A stretch of 54,728 nt of DNA, taken from contig JAFGAR010000163.1 of the NCBI GenBank assembly GCA_016933575.1, forward strand, positions 1 through 54,728. Reading direction: 5' to 3'. Positions 45,642-54,728 of the stretch are shown in pieces. Every line of letters begins with the position of its first letter. The stretch's first letter is position 1. Under the pieces are notes generated by a model. It saw only the letters and a program-made list of their open reading frames with translations. It was not told the origin of the DNA and did no database searches. The translations under genes and the position numbers were made by a program. The DNA is from Candidatus Thorarchaeota archaeon. Lineage in GTDB: Archaea > Asgardarchaeota > Thorarchaeia > Thorarchaeales > Thorarchaeaceae.

Positions 45642-46184
45642 CTACGACACAATGAATGATTCTCTGCAAACTGAACAGGTAACAGTTTCACCTTTTACTG
45701 CGACTCTTTCCAGTTCTGTTCTACAGTATGGACATCCGTGAATAGTCTTCGGTGCTGGACCTGTTCCTGTACCGAGAATGAAATCTCCTGAGTCATGGTC
45801 AATACGACCAGACAATTCTCTGCCATCAAGCAAATCCGTGATGATCTTGGTCACATTATGAGATGAAACGCCAGATTCTTGAGAAATTCGTTCAATAGAT
45901 ATTTTTCTCATGGCTTGAATGGTTCTCTTCACAGCAGTGACCGGATCCACAGTCGCCTTACCTTCTCTTTGTGGAGGGCGAAGCTTTGCTGCCTGGAGTT
46001 CCGCTGAGTCGATTCTGTGCATTGATGGTATTTCTGATGGAGTCACTCCAGCATCTTGAAGTTGTTGCCGTAGGTCAGTCATCTTAGTCCTATATTCTTC
46101 TTCTGAAACCCAACCCCGCATATAATCCAGTTCTAGATCTTTTATTGCAGCTTCAATCTTTGTGACATTATCTCCGGGATTCAT
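45642..46184 (-). CDS. SHOCT-like + PCI-type winged helix + Zn-ribbon protein
   Basis: DLELDY..G.VSEEEY (SHOCT-like); KISIERISQESGVS...V..II.DL...REL.GRID...G (PCI-like); CPYC...CSVC. Start ATG 46184. Confidence 0.65.
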   Translation of the reverse strand: MNPGDNVTKIEAAIKDLELDYMRGWVSEEEYRTKMTDLRQQLQDAGVTPSEIPSMHRIDSAELQAAKLRPPQREGKATVDPVTAVKRTIQAMRKISIERISQESGVSSHNVTKIITDLLDGRELSGRIDHDSGDFILGTGTGPAPKTIHGCPYCRTELERVAVKGETVTCSVCRESFIVS

Positions 46185-46274
46185 ATCAGCACATTCCTGT
46201 TTCAGTTTGCTAGGTATGTAGGTCAATCCCAACAATATAAGCGGAGCTATGTCATAGTCTTCCTGATTTCCTCC

Positions 46275-46862
46275 CTATTCTGACAGTCTGCGTCCCTCTG
46301 GAAGGTCATCAAGAAGCAATCCCTCTTTTTCTGCCTTTGTTACTGCCTTCTTTGCCTTTGTGCCACCTATATTCTCTAGAGCCCCTGCAGCGGTCTGTCT
46401 CACAAAAACAGACTCGTCTTCAAGTGATTCAATTAGCGCATCAACCGCTTTTGGATCCTTTCTCTCTCCAAGTTGCGCCGCTATATGGATTCTGACCATC
46501 TGCCTACCGTCTTTCAATCCTTGAGTTAGTAAATCTGTTGCTCTCGAGTCTTCTAATCGACTCAATCTCTCTATAGCACCAAGACAGACCTGTTCATCGT
46601 CACTCTTAATCTCGGTTTCAAGTTCTTGTAGGATTCCCTCTGTTTCCACACTGACAACTTTCCTCGAGGGTCTTACCTTCTTTGTTGCCTTTGTCTTGGA
46701 TTTCTTGGTCGCTGTCTTCTTGCTTGGAACTTTCTTTTTTGGAGGGCTTTGTTTTTTGGTCTTCTCAACTGCGGATATCTTCGAAGCCTTACCAGAACTT
46801 GTCTTACTTGCACTCTTCTTGGGTTTACTCTCCTTCTTTGGACTTCGACCAGATTTTGACAA
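46275..46862 (-). CDS. HEAT-repeat protein with Lys/Ser-rich N-terminal tail
   Basis: L.D....VR..AA..LG repeats; the first ~70 aa are very rich in K and S. Confidence 0.82.
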   Translation of the reverse strand: MSKSGRSPKKESKPKKSASKTSSGKASKISAVEKTKKQSPPKKKVPSKKTATKKSKTKATKKVRPSRKVVSVETEGILQELETEIKSDDEQVCLGAIERLSRLEDSRATDLLTQGLKDGRQMVRIHIAAQLGERKDPKAVDALIESLEDESVFVRQTAAGALENIGGTKAKKAVTKAEKEGLLLDDLPEGRRLSE

Positions 46863-46994
46863 GGTTCTATCTCCTTTCTCTCCAAAAGCTAACTAATGCT
46901 TTCGACACGCATTCATATAAAGTGTCGGAGAATGCACTGCCATAGCGGAAACACCTTAACACCAATCAAATCATAGAAATTTGGATGTGAGATA

Positions 46995-47387
46995 TTGCAC
47001 GAATTCTCCGCTGCCTGTTCAATTGTTGATACTGCTCTGGAAGCTGCCAAATCAAATAATGCAACCAGAGTCACCGTTGTCAATGTCGAACTAGGTGAGT
47101 TTACGTTTCTTATTCCTGAGCAATTAATCTTCAACTTTGAAATTGCCAGTAAGAATACTATCCTCGAGGGTGCAGATTTACGAATTCAAAATATCAAGGG
47201 GCGATTGGCATGCAATGACTGCGGATTCCAAGGGGAATCGAAAGTTGATCCTGATATCCCACCTCAGATTGCTGTTTTTGCTCCAATGAAATGCCCCAAA
47301 TGTGGAAGTAGCTCTACGAGGATCATTGGGGGAAAAGACTTCATCATCACTAACATAGAAGCTGAAATCAACCAATCTAATGCGTAA
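46995..47387 (+). CDS. hypA: Hydrogenase maturation Ni metallochaperone
   Basis: MHEFS, ELGEFT...PEQL.F.F, CNDC and CPKC, GGKD..I. Confidence 0.93.
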   Translation: MHEFSAACSIVDTALEAAKSNNATRVTVVNVELGEFTFLIPEQLIFNFEIASKNTILEGADLRIQNIKGRLACNDCGFQGESKVDPDIPPQIAVFAPMKCPKCGSSSTRIIGGKDFIITNIEAEINQSNA

Positions 47388-47419
47388 TGACGATTTGTTC
47401 CAGGACGAAAGCATAGTCA

Positions 47420-47797
47420 CTATATCAGAATAGCGTTCATGATACCATCCTGTCCAGGACGACTTGTGACCTTTGCACGACCCTTTGAGGTCTTAATTAT
47501 CGTGCCTCGTGTAATGACTTTTCTTCGCTGGTAGTCCATATTTGCGGGATTCATTTCCACATCTTGAATCTCTGCACGACTTGTCGTATTCTTTGAAGGA
47601 TCAGTCACATTGACATATTGAACCCTGAGTGCTGGGTTCTTCTTTGATCTTCCTTTACTATCGATTCTTCTTCTCTTGGTCTCACCTACAAGTGTTTCAG
47701 TAGGAGTACGACCCATCTCATACTTTCTCTTACTCTTGAATCGTCTTAATCGTGCACCCGTGTTGGTTCGATTAGACCTTCTGTGCCAGACGCCCAT
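47420..47797 (-). CDS. rps8e: 30S ribosomal protein S8e
   Basis: TG.R.....KRKYEMGR, NPAN..Y.RR..IT.G..I.T..G.A.VTSRPGQDG..NA. Confidence 0.96.
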   Translation of the reverse strand: MGVWHRRSNRTNTGARLRRFKSKRKYEMGRTPTETLVGETKRRRIDSKGRSKKNPALRVQYVNVTDPSKNTTSRAEIQDVEMNPANMDYQRRKVITRGTIIKTSKGRAKVTSRPGQDGIMNAILI

Positions 47798-47957
47798 TTT
47801 GGACTACCTCTTGTTAAGTCACTCACGCTCTCTGTAGTGTGGTTTTAAATCTTGCTTAGTGGCTAACTTCTAATCCTAATCTTATGTACAAACAGTCCCC
47901 TTCAAATACAATAAAATCAGTTTTACACCCGTACATAACCCTCCTGGAGGATTCTAT

Positions 47958-48971
47958 ATGTCCAAGATTGAGTCAGCACATGGCGCAGGCGGAAGGGTGA
48001 TGCAACGTCTATTAGAAGACATCATCATTCCATCATTTCACATCAGAAAAATAGGGAGTATTGGTCTAGATGAGATGGATGATGGTGCGACTCTACAGGT
48101 TGCTGGAGCCAATCTGATAGTCTGTACTGATGCGCACACAGTATTTCCAGTCTTCTTTCCAGGGGGTAATCTTGGCACCCTTACTGCTTGTGGCACTGTG
48201 AACGACTTGGCTGTGATGGGTGCACGGCCAATTGCTATGACGAATACAATCATCATTGAAGAAGGCACTGATATCGAAACACTCCAGACAGTCCTTCGTT
48301 CTTTGAATGATGTCATTGAACCTTTAGGTATCGCAATGATAGCTGGAGATACAAAGGTCATGCCTCCAGGCACATTAGATGGTATCGTCATGTCAACTAC
48401 TGGCATTGGTGAAGTATACCTAGATCAACCAATTTCAGATAGTGGTGGCAAGGCTGGCGATGATGTGATTGTCACAGGACCAATTGGAGACCATGGTACC
48501 GTCTTACTTGCGCATCGTGAAGGTCTCGAGTTTGAAACAAGTCTAACCAGTGACGTAGCTCCACTATGGTCACCAATTCGCGCCTGTCTAGACATTGGTG
48601 GGGTTCATGCTATGAAGGACCCTACTCGGGGTGGCACTGCTGTTGCTTTAAACGAGATTGCCTCTAAGTCAGGAGTCGAGTTAGAACTTCAAGAAAATCT
48701 CATTCCTGTTCGACCTGCAGTACAGTCACTATGTGATGTTCTTGGTCTAAATCCACTTCATATGAGTAGCGAAGGAAAGGCTGTGATGGTAGTTGACCCT
48801 GACTCCACTGATGACATTCTTTCAGTCCTTCAAGGCTTTGAACAAACACGAGAAGCAAAAGTCATTGGAAACATACAAAAAGGATCCCCGCGAGTACTAA
48901 TGAAAACAGCAATCGGGGGACGAAAGATCATTCAGGTGCCTTATGGCGAACCAGTTCCTCGTGTCTGCTAG
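47958..48971 (+). CDS. hypE: Hydrogenase maturation carbamoyl dehydratase
   Basis: HGAGG, P.FFPGG..G.L..CGTVNDL, GDTKV, MKDPTRGG, C-terminal PRVC. Confidence 0.95.
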   Translation: MSKIESAHGAGGRVMQRLLEDIIIPSFHIRKIGSIGLDEMDDGATLQVAGANLIVCTDAHTVFPVFFPGGNLGTLTACGTVNDLAVMGARPIAMTNTIIIEEGTDIETLQTVLRSLNDVIEPLGIAMIAGDTKVMPPGTLDGIVMSTTGIGEVYLDQPISDSGGKAGDDVIVTGPIGDHGTVLLAHREGLEFETSLTSDVAPLWSPIRACLDIGGVHAMKDPTRGGTAVALNEIASKSGVELELQENLIPVRPAVQSLCDVLGLNPLHMSSEGKAVMVVDPDSTDDILSVLQGFEQTREAKVIGNIQKGSPRVLMKTAIGGRKIIQVPYGEPVPRVC

Positions 48972-48983
48972 ATACAGACTTAT

Positions 48984-49547
48984 TCACTCTGAAGAGGCTT
49001 CTAAAGACTCCTCTGCGTCACGCTGTTCTTCTAGAATCTTTTTCATTTTGAATTTTAACTGTGCTTTCATTTTGATACGGTCATTTTCAAGTCCAAAGTA
49101 ATCTGCAAAGAGCGGAGTGGTAGTCAACAACCTAGACCTTCCCTCTGGTATTGACTCGACGAACTTCTTTTCTATCAACTCTTTTACATGATCATAGCAA
49201 TGTGTTCCTCTCTGAGTCACTAATTCAGATTGGACTAATGGTTGTTTCAATGCAATATAGACAAGTGTCTGTAACGTTGCATATGAAAGAAGTCCACCGG
49301 GTATTAGCCTTCCTACCCGTGGGGTCAGTTCTGGTTTCAATTGCAATGCATAGCGGTCACGAGGAAGAGCCACCACCTCAAGGGCTCCTTCTCTCTTGTT
49401 ATATTCAAATCCTAAATCATCTAACAATTTTTGAGTGGTTGTCTGAGATTTTCCTATTAGATTAGACAGCTCGTCCAATGTCAGGGCTCTCCCTGACACA
49501 TAGAGCGCTGCTTCGAGTGTGACCAAGTCCTCCTCCAAATCTGTCAC
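48984..49547 (-). CDS. scpB: SMC-Scp complex subunit ScpB
   Basis: LEAALY.SG, L.TL.YIA..QP, RG.....HV.EL, TT..F.DYFG. Confidence 0.92.
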   Translation of the reverse strand: MTDLEEDLVTLEAALYVSGRALTLDELSNLIGKSQTTTQKLLDDLGFEYNKREGALEVVALPRDRYALQLKPELTPRVGRLIPGGLLSYATLQTLVYIALKQPLVQSELVTQRGTHCYDHVKELIEKKFVESIPEGRSRLLTTTPLFADYFGLENDRIKMKAQLKFKMKKILEEQRDAEESLEASSE

Positions 49548-49548
49548 C

Positions 49549-50256
49549 CTACCCTCTTACTTTTGCCTTGAGTTCTTTCTCTTTTCCCTTCTTAGGAGGC
49601 TCAAGCATTTTCAACATGATTGTATTCTCTTCATTCATCCAGATATCTATGAAATCTCTGGCATATAGAAACAATATTGAAAAGAAGACCCGGACAATCT
49701 CCTTTCGTGTATTGTTCATCAGTATGTCTGTGAATTTGACCACATCTCCAATCTTTAGGATGCGTTTCAGGTCATCATACACATCAGCAATGGTTTCCTC
49801 GATATTTGCTTGGTCTATATCCATTGTAAAAGTGAGTGGTTCGACCTTTACTCGTGCTTTATATTTTGTAGGTGTAGTTCTCTGTTTCTCTCCTTTGCTC
49901 AATACCTGATCCATTGCAACAAGTAACTCTTCAATTGTGACTCTTCTATTGGTGAGTCTGAAAGGAGGACGAATTAGTGGAATCTCAAATTCATCACCAT
50001 CATCGTCTTCCTCTGGAGGTAAAACCCCAAGAAGAACGAGTTCTCGTGTTTTTCGCATGAAAATGACTGAGGCTGAATAAAGTGCATTCCCGGATATTCT
50101 GAAGTCGATATCCCCAAGTCGTTTCATCTCGTTTAGGAATCCAACAACCAATTTTCCAACATCAACATTCCAAGGTTCAACTTTGTCTAGTTGCAGTACA
50201 TCTGTAAGCAGAATATAGGGTGGAGCTGTCCAGAAGGGGGCCTCATCATCCATCAT
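49549..50256 (-). CDS. scpA: Kleisin ScpA
   Basis: V.PW.VD, DFR.SG.AL..AS, R.VT..EL..A, V..F..ILFL; lies between smc and scpB. Confidence 0.9.
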   Translation of the reverse strand: MMDDEAPFWTAPPYILLTDVLQLDKVEPWNVDVGKLVVGFLNEMKRLGDIDFRISGNALYSASVIFMRKTRELVLLGVLPPEEDDDGDEFEIPLIRPPFRLTNRRVTIEELLVAMDQVLSKGEKQRTTPTKYKARVKVEPLTFTMDIDQANIEETIADVYDDLKRILKIGDVVKFTDILMNNTRKEIVRVFFSILFLYARDFIDIWMNEENTIMLKMLEPPKKGKEKELKAKVRG

Positions 50257-53200
50257 GCCTCTGCTTCGGCCTCCTCTAAATCAACAGAAACTATCTTGGA
50301 AATACCATCTTGATTTGCAACTCCAATAAGGAGGTCTGCCTTTCGTACGGTAGTGTCTCGTAATGACACCACAATGAATTGAGAAGCTTTTGCCATCTCT
50401 GATATGAGCAGAGCTACATTATGAGCATTTACGTTGTCTAATGCAGCATCAATCTCGTCGAATACATAGAAACTGGCTGGATTATACATCTGTATCGCAA
50501 ATATTAACGCAAGACCTGTAAGTGTCTTTTCTCCGCCACTCATTGCATCTAGGGTCACAAGATCCTTGCCGCTCGGCTTTGACCTTACAGTTATGCCTCC
50601 CATTAATGGATGTTCTGGGGTTTCTAGCATGAGACTACCCTCTCCGTCCGGAGACAATTTTGCAAACACCTTCGAGAAATTGTCTGCAATCTCATTGTAT
50701 ACAGTAAGGAATTTTTGCGTCTTTTCTGCTTCAAGTTCCTCCATGAAGGCGAGAATCTCTTTCCGTTCGTTCTCAAGTTTTGTCTTTTTATCTACAATCT
50801 CATCATACTTTTCGCGTTCAAGTTCATAATCTGTGAGAGCTTTTAGATTTACAGGACCCATTGCTTCTAACTCTCTCTCAATCTCCTTAATTTTCTCTTC
50901 AATCTCCTCTAGCTCTCGATAGGTAAGCTCTCGTTCATCTTTCCTGTCCTCAAGAGCTTCTTCTACTTCAGTTAATTCACCAAGTTCCGCGATAAATGCG
51001 ACAATATCAGTATCAAGACGGTTCTGCTCTGTCTGCAATCGATAGACTGCTTTCTCATTGGATGTCTGAGCCTCGCGGATTTCCTCATGCCGGAGTCTGT
51101 AGTTTCTCAAGGTCTCTTTCAATTCTAATTGATACACGCGCTTATCTTTCACAGCCTCATCAATTCTCTCGCGTTCATTCTTTAATTTCAGGAACTCCTC
51201 TTCTCGCTCAGTCAGTCGCAGTTGATGCCGATTCACTTGCTCCTCTAGACCTGGGATGAACGCATCAATTGCATGAATTTTAGACTCCAAATCGATAGCT
51301 TTTGGACCCAAGCGTTCGTCAAGAGCAACCCTTACAGAGGTAAGATCGCTGTTCAACTTCTCACGTTGTTTTTGATATTGCTCTAAAACTTCCTTTAGAT
51401 CTTTGATATCTTGATTCAGTTTTGCAGAATCTGATTTTGTTAGTTCCTCATTGCAATGGTCCCGTTGAGCCATGACCCGTTCGCGTTGGGTTGTTAGTTC
51501 ACTGTCCCGTTGTTGAAGACTTGTGATTTGTGTTTCGAGTTCGCTGATTGTAAGGTTTGCCTTCTTAATTCTATCATTCAGTGTTTTGGATCTGTTCTCT
51601 TGTTCTTCTAATCGTTCTTCGAGTTTCTCAAGTTCAATTCTAGCCCTATAGTTTGTCTTTGCTAGTTCTTGAGCCTCTCCTTCCAGGGTCCTTCGTTGTT
51701 TTCTGAGAGTGTCTTGTTTCTCACGAAGGTCTGCCAATATTTTCTCAAGTCCTTCCAGTCGTTCTGAAATCTCTGGGCTAGTGTCTTCAACCTGCAATGA
51801 CAATCCTGCGGAGGCTCTCTGATAATAACCTCCTGTCATTAGACCAGAACGCTCTACGAGGTCACCCTCTAGAGAAACTGCCCGTTGCCCCTTGAATCCG
51901 AGTTGTTTCGCAGTATCGAAATCCTGAGTAACTATCGTGTCTGAAAATACAAACTCAAAGGCGGGTTGCATCTTCGCGTCAAATTTGACGAGATTAAGTG
52001 CAAAATCTATCACACCATTCTCCTTTGGAAGTTTTCCTGGTGGCTGGGTCTTTATCTTATCCAAGGGAATAAAGGATGCTCGACCGATATGCTCCCGTTT
52101 CAAAACATCTACACATTCTGTGGCTACCTTATCATTCTCGACAACGATATACGAAAGTCTGTTTCCTCCCGCAATTTCCATGGCTACTGCATAGTCAGGA
52201 TCTATTGTGCCTAATTCTGCAACAGTTCCATGAATTCCTTGAATTTCTCCTTCATTTCTAAGTTCTAATATTCTAGCTAATGCACGTCGTCTCTTTAGGA
52301 AGGCATCTTCGGCTTCTTTCAGAGCGTCCTGTCGTGCCTGAGTTTTGATTAATTCCTCTCGGGTCGAACGAACAATCTTGGCGGATTCGTTCACTTCTGC
52401 ATCTATTGTTGAAAGACGATTTGATACCTCATCAAACTCTTTTTTCTTTGCCTCTTCAAGTGCTTCATCTTTCTCTAATGCATTCCTTCTTTCAGGAATG
52501 ACTTCTCTCAATTCCTTTAGATCTGTTGTAGTCTTCTCAAGACTGTCATTGGAGTCTCTTACTTCCTCATATGCAAGCCCTAGTTCGCGATTATCTGACT
52601 TTATGGCCGATCGTACTTCTGAAACGCCTTCATCGAGAGCTCGCAGTTGATTGTTAAGATCTTGAAGTCGCAGAGTAGTCTCATAATAGGTAGTCTGTTC
52701 TTTCTGAGCACGCTCTTCCATCCTGATGATCTGGGCGGATGTATTTGCAATCTCCCTCTCTAAAGTGCTTAATTCATCACTCTTGCCTTTCATCAATTGT
52801 TCATTATGATGCATTTCGTCTTGAGTGAGTTCCAATTCGTTCTGAAAAGATTCTCTCTCACTAATAGCTTTATCATATTCTGTCTGGGCTCTCTCCAGAT
52901 CTGACCTCACATGATTGACAGCTGCAGAAACAATTCCATACTGCTCAGATACTCTGGCAGAGTCACCACCTGTTATTTGATCAATCTCATGATCAATTGT
53001 GTCAATCTCTGTTTCTGTTGTTTCAATTCCCGTTTCGACTGTTGCGAGTTCTTTTGTTAGGCTTTCTGCCTCTTCAGCTCGTTGGGCTAAGGTCTCATTG
53101 ATTGTATTGATTCGTAATTTGCCCTTTATTGCACTCCATGCTAAGATATCAATTCTATGTTTTTCTATCTGACTGTTCAAGCCCCTGTATCGGAGAGCAT

Positions 53201-53864
53201 CCGATCTTTCCTCTCCAAGTTTCTCAAGTTGACGTCTACGTTCCTGAAGTTGTGTATCAACTTTTCCCAGATTGGTTTCGCTCTCTGCAAGTTTCTTGAG
53301 TGCTCGATCCTTTTGTTCATCATATGCTGAGATACCTGCAATCTCTTCAATCATCTTTCGCCTTTCTATGGGGCTCACCTTGACCATTTGAGCAATCTCG
53401 CCTTGGAGAACTAGATTGTACCCGTTGGGATCTACTCCTACAGCACCCAATACATCAAGAACTGCACTTCGTGTTACAACTTTGTTGTTAATTCGACAGA
53501 CAGACTTCCCTGAGTCATCAAGTTCCCGCTCTATGACAACGCGATCTGCATCAACCTGTAACTTCCTGTCAGCATTATTGAAATGGAGTTCAACCACTGC
53601 TGATTTTGCCTTTGGCGGCATATTGGGTTTTGGCGGTGAATAGAGTAAGTCCGAAAAGACCGTTGCACGGAGGGTCTTGGCACTTAGCTGACCTAGGACA
53701 AACAGAACAGCATCAATAACATTCGACTTTCCTGAGCCGTTAGGACCCACAATGCACGTAAAACCGGGATTGAACTTGATTGTGACCGTGTCTCGGCCAA
53801 ATGATTTGAAGCCCTTGCATACTAGCTTCTCTATATACACCAAGTCCCGTACCCTTCCCGGCAA
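50253..53864 (-). CDS. smc: Chromosome segregation ATPase SMC
   Basis: GFKSF, GPNGSGKSN, hinge (GIHGTVAEL, GLMTGG), long coiled coils, MSGGEK, FDEIDAALD. True start probably 53843 or 53840. Confidence 0.97.
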   Translation of the reverse strand: MPGRVRDLVYIEKLVCKGFKSFGRDTVTIKFNPGFTCIVGPNGSGKSNVIDAVLFVLGQLSAKTLRATVFSDLLYSPPKPNMPPKAKSAVVELHFNNADRKLQVDADRVVIERELDDSGKSVCRINNKVVTRSAVLDVLGAVGVDPNGYNLVLQGEIAQMVKVSPIERRKMIEEIAGISAYDEQKDRALKKLAESETNLGKVDTQLQERRRQLEKLGEERSDALRYRGLNSQIEKHRIDILAWSAIKGKLRINTINETLAQRAEEAESLTKELATVETGIETTETEIDTIDHEIDQITGGDSARVSEQYGIVSAAVNHVRSDLERAQTEYDKAISERESFQNELELTQDEMHHNEQLMKGKSDELSTLEREIANTSAQIIRMEERAQKEQTTYYETTLRLQDLNNQLRALDEGVSEVRSAIKSDNRELGLAYEEVRDSNDSLEKTTTDLKELREVIPERRNALEKDEALEEAKKKEFDEVSNRLSTIDAEVNESAKIVRSTREELIKTQARQDALKEAEDAFLKRRRALARILELRNEGEIQGIHGTVAELGTIDPDYAVAMEIAGGNRLSYIVVENDKVATECVDVLKREHIGRASFIPLDKIKTQPPGKLPKENGVIDFALNLVKFDAKMQPAFEFVFSDTIVTQDFDTAKQLGFKGQRAVSLEGDLVERSGLMTGGYYQRASAGLSLQVEDTSPEISERLEGLEKILADLREKQDTLRKQRRTLEGEAQELAKTNYRARIELEKLEERLEEQENRSKTLNDRIKKANLTISELETQITSLQQRDSELTTQRERVMAQRDHCNEELTKSDSAKLNQDIKDLKEVLEQYQKQREKLNSDLTSVRVALDERLGPKAIDLESKIHAIDAFIPGLEEQVNRHQLRLTEREEEFLKLKNERERIDEAVKDKRVYQLELKETLRNYRLRHEEIREAQTSNEKAVYRLQTEQNRLDTDIVAFIAELGELTEVEEALEDRKDERELTYRELEEIEEKIKEIERELEAMGPVNLKALTDYELEREKYDEIVDKKTKLENERKEILAFMEELEAEKTQKFLTVYNEIADNFSKVFAKLSPDGEGSLMLETPEHPLMGGITVRSKPSGKDLVTLDAMSGGEKTLTGLALIFAIQMYNPASFYVFDEIDAALDNVNAHNVALLISEMAKASQFIVVSLRDTTVRKADLLIGVANQDGISKIVSVDLEEAEAEA

Positions 53865-54031
53865 ATTTCATTAGTTTAGGCGTGTCTGTGTGTTATTCCG
53901 ATGTTATACAGTCCTAAATACCATTGGTATGACCACGGTAATACCCAAGCCACATTTGGATATATCTCTGTGGCACTCGTTTCCATTTCACAAAGGGCAA
54001 AAAAGTGTAGCTCTGGCGGCGTGGTTGAATC

Positions 54032-54400
54032 CTATTTACCCAATATGTTGAGTAATGACCGGCGTAAGGCTATTCTAAGAAGCCCCATGGACTCGCGAGC
54101 TCCTTCACCTGCCACTGCGGCCATAACAAGCTTGACATCGCCAAGAATTATGACATATCCATGATCTGAGGCAATGCTCACTTCTTTCAGGCCTCCCTTA
54201 TCAAGTCCTGCGGCTAGTTGTGAGGAATTAGCTGCAATTTTCACCGCAAGGTCCGCGACATCAGAGTGTTTGATACCTCCAGTTATCATGTGGCCAAAAA
54301 GCACCTTTCCTTTAGCATCGCAGACAATTATTCCTTGAAGGTCTGCATTACTTGCCATAGTCTCTGCAATAATCTCTTCAATCTTAGCCTGATCTACCAT
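54032..54400 (-). CDS. Roadblock/LC7 (MglB-like) domain protein
   Basis: GIIVCDAKG..L, L.KG.L.EV.I....G.VII, MGLLR..LR; GGAGG RBS. Confidence 0.8.
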   Translation of the reverse strand: MVDQAKIEEIIAETMASNADLQGIIVCDAKGKVLFGHMITGGIKHSDVADLAVKIAANSSQLAAGLDKGGLKEVSIASDHGYVIILGDVKLVMAAVAGEGARESMGLLRIALRRSLLNILGK

Positions 54401-54575
54401 CTGTACGTTTTCCTCCTTGGAGGTCCAGAATGTCTACTTATGTTTTGAGAGCTGAAGTCTTTATATCTTATCCGCTAGACTACTATACTCAGCAAAGTAG
54501 TACATACTCTGGGGAAAGAGCGTCGATTGACTTAAAACCTCTCACGTGAAGGTTGGCCGAATAATTTTGGAGGCT

Positions 54576-54728
54576 ATGAATTAATGCCTATGTTTTCTTA
54601 AACTTGGACTGTTCAGAACTATGTCAAATCTGACAACCTCAGTTTCAACACAACATTAGTTCTTCTCAAACAAAAGAGGAAAGGCAGGATGGAAATGGTC
54701 GAGATTCGTTTCAACACAACATTAGTTC
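54576..54728 (-). CRISPR. CRISPR array, probable trailer end, truncated by the window edge
   Basis: 30-nt repeat GTTTCAACACAACATTAGTTCTTCTCAAAC at 54642-54671, 36-nt spacer at 54672-54707, and an identical repeat start at 54708-54728. The reverse complement GTTTGAGAAGAACTAATGTTGTGTTGAAAC ends in TTGAAAC. A decayed repeat ending at 54603 (TGTTTTCTTAAAC) leaves a 38-nt spacer. Confidence 0.78.

Noticed and set aside
46650-46862. Histone H1-like protein
   Set aside because: Only compositional Lys/Ser bias in a tail fused to HEAT repeats; no globular H1 domain.
48984-53864. Wadjet/MksBEF-type defence SMC system
   Set aside because: Canonical Smc hinge and ScpA/ScpB sequences with no JetD/Toprim gene; this is the housekeeping condensin.

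Overview
Archaeal chromosomal segment. The gene set (TfrAB, Taw1/Trm5, CTP-dependent RibK, IPK, Rps8e, Smc-ScpAB, plus roadblock, Vps29-like, EMC6-like and PCI-domain proteins) suggests an Asgard archaeon, probably Thorarchaeota; this is inference, not a database result. Most of the window is housekeeping: tRNA modification, proteostasis, NAD/pyrimidine metabolism, fumarate metabolism and chromosome segregation. An accessory zone at about 20.6-30.7 kb holds the most unusual features, several of them invisible in the ORF track. (1) A tRNA-Asn(GUU) gene at 24855-25078 (-) is split by FIVE bulge-helix-bulge introns and reconstructs to an exact 73-nt cloverleaf; two of the introns are copies of each other. 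(2) Two tandem paralogous micro-peptide genes (33 and 29 aa) share the C-terminus [IL]ST[DE]A[VI]xYAYxYRR and have their own TATA box, palindromic operator, RBS and terminator. They are flanked by two paralogous 3-TM proteins and an apparently inactive M48-peptidase-like membrane protein. (3) A SIR2-like putative defence NADase lies head-to-head with a wHTH-CBS regulator. The window also contains tRNA-Ile2(CAU) with a non-canonical intron, an intron-less tRNA-Glu(UUC), and the probable trailer end of a CRISPR array cut by the right edge.
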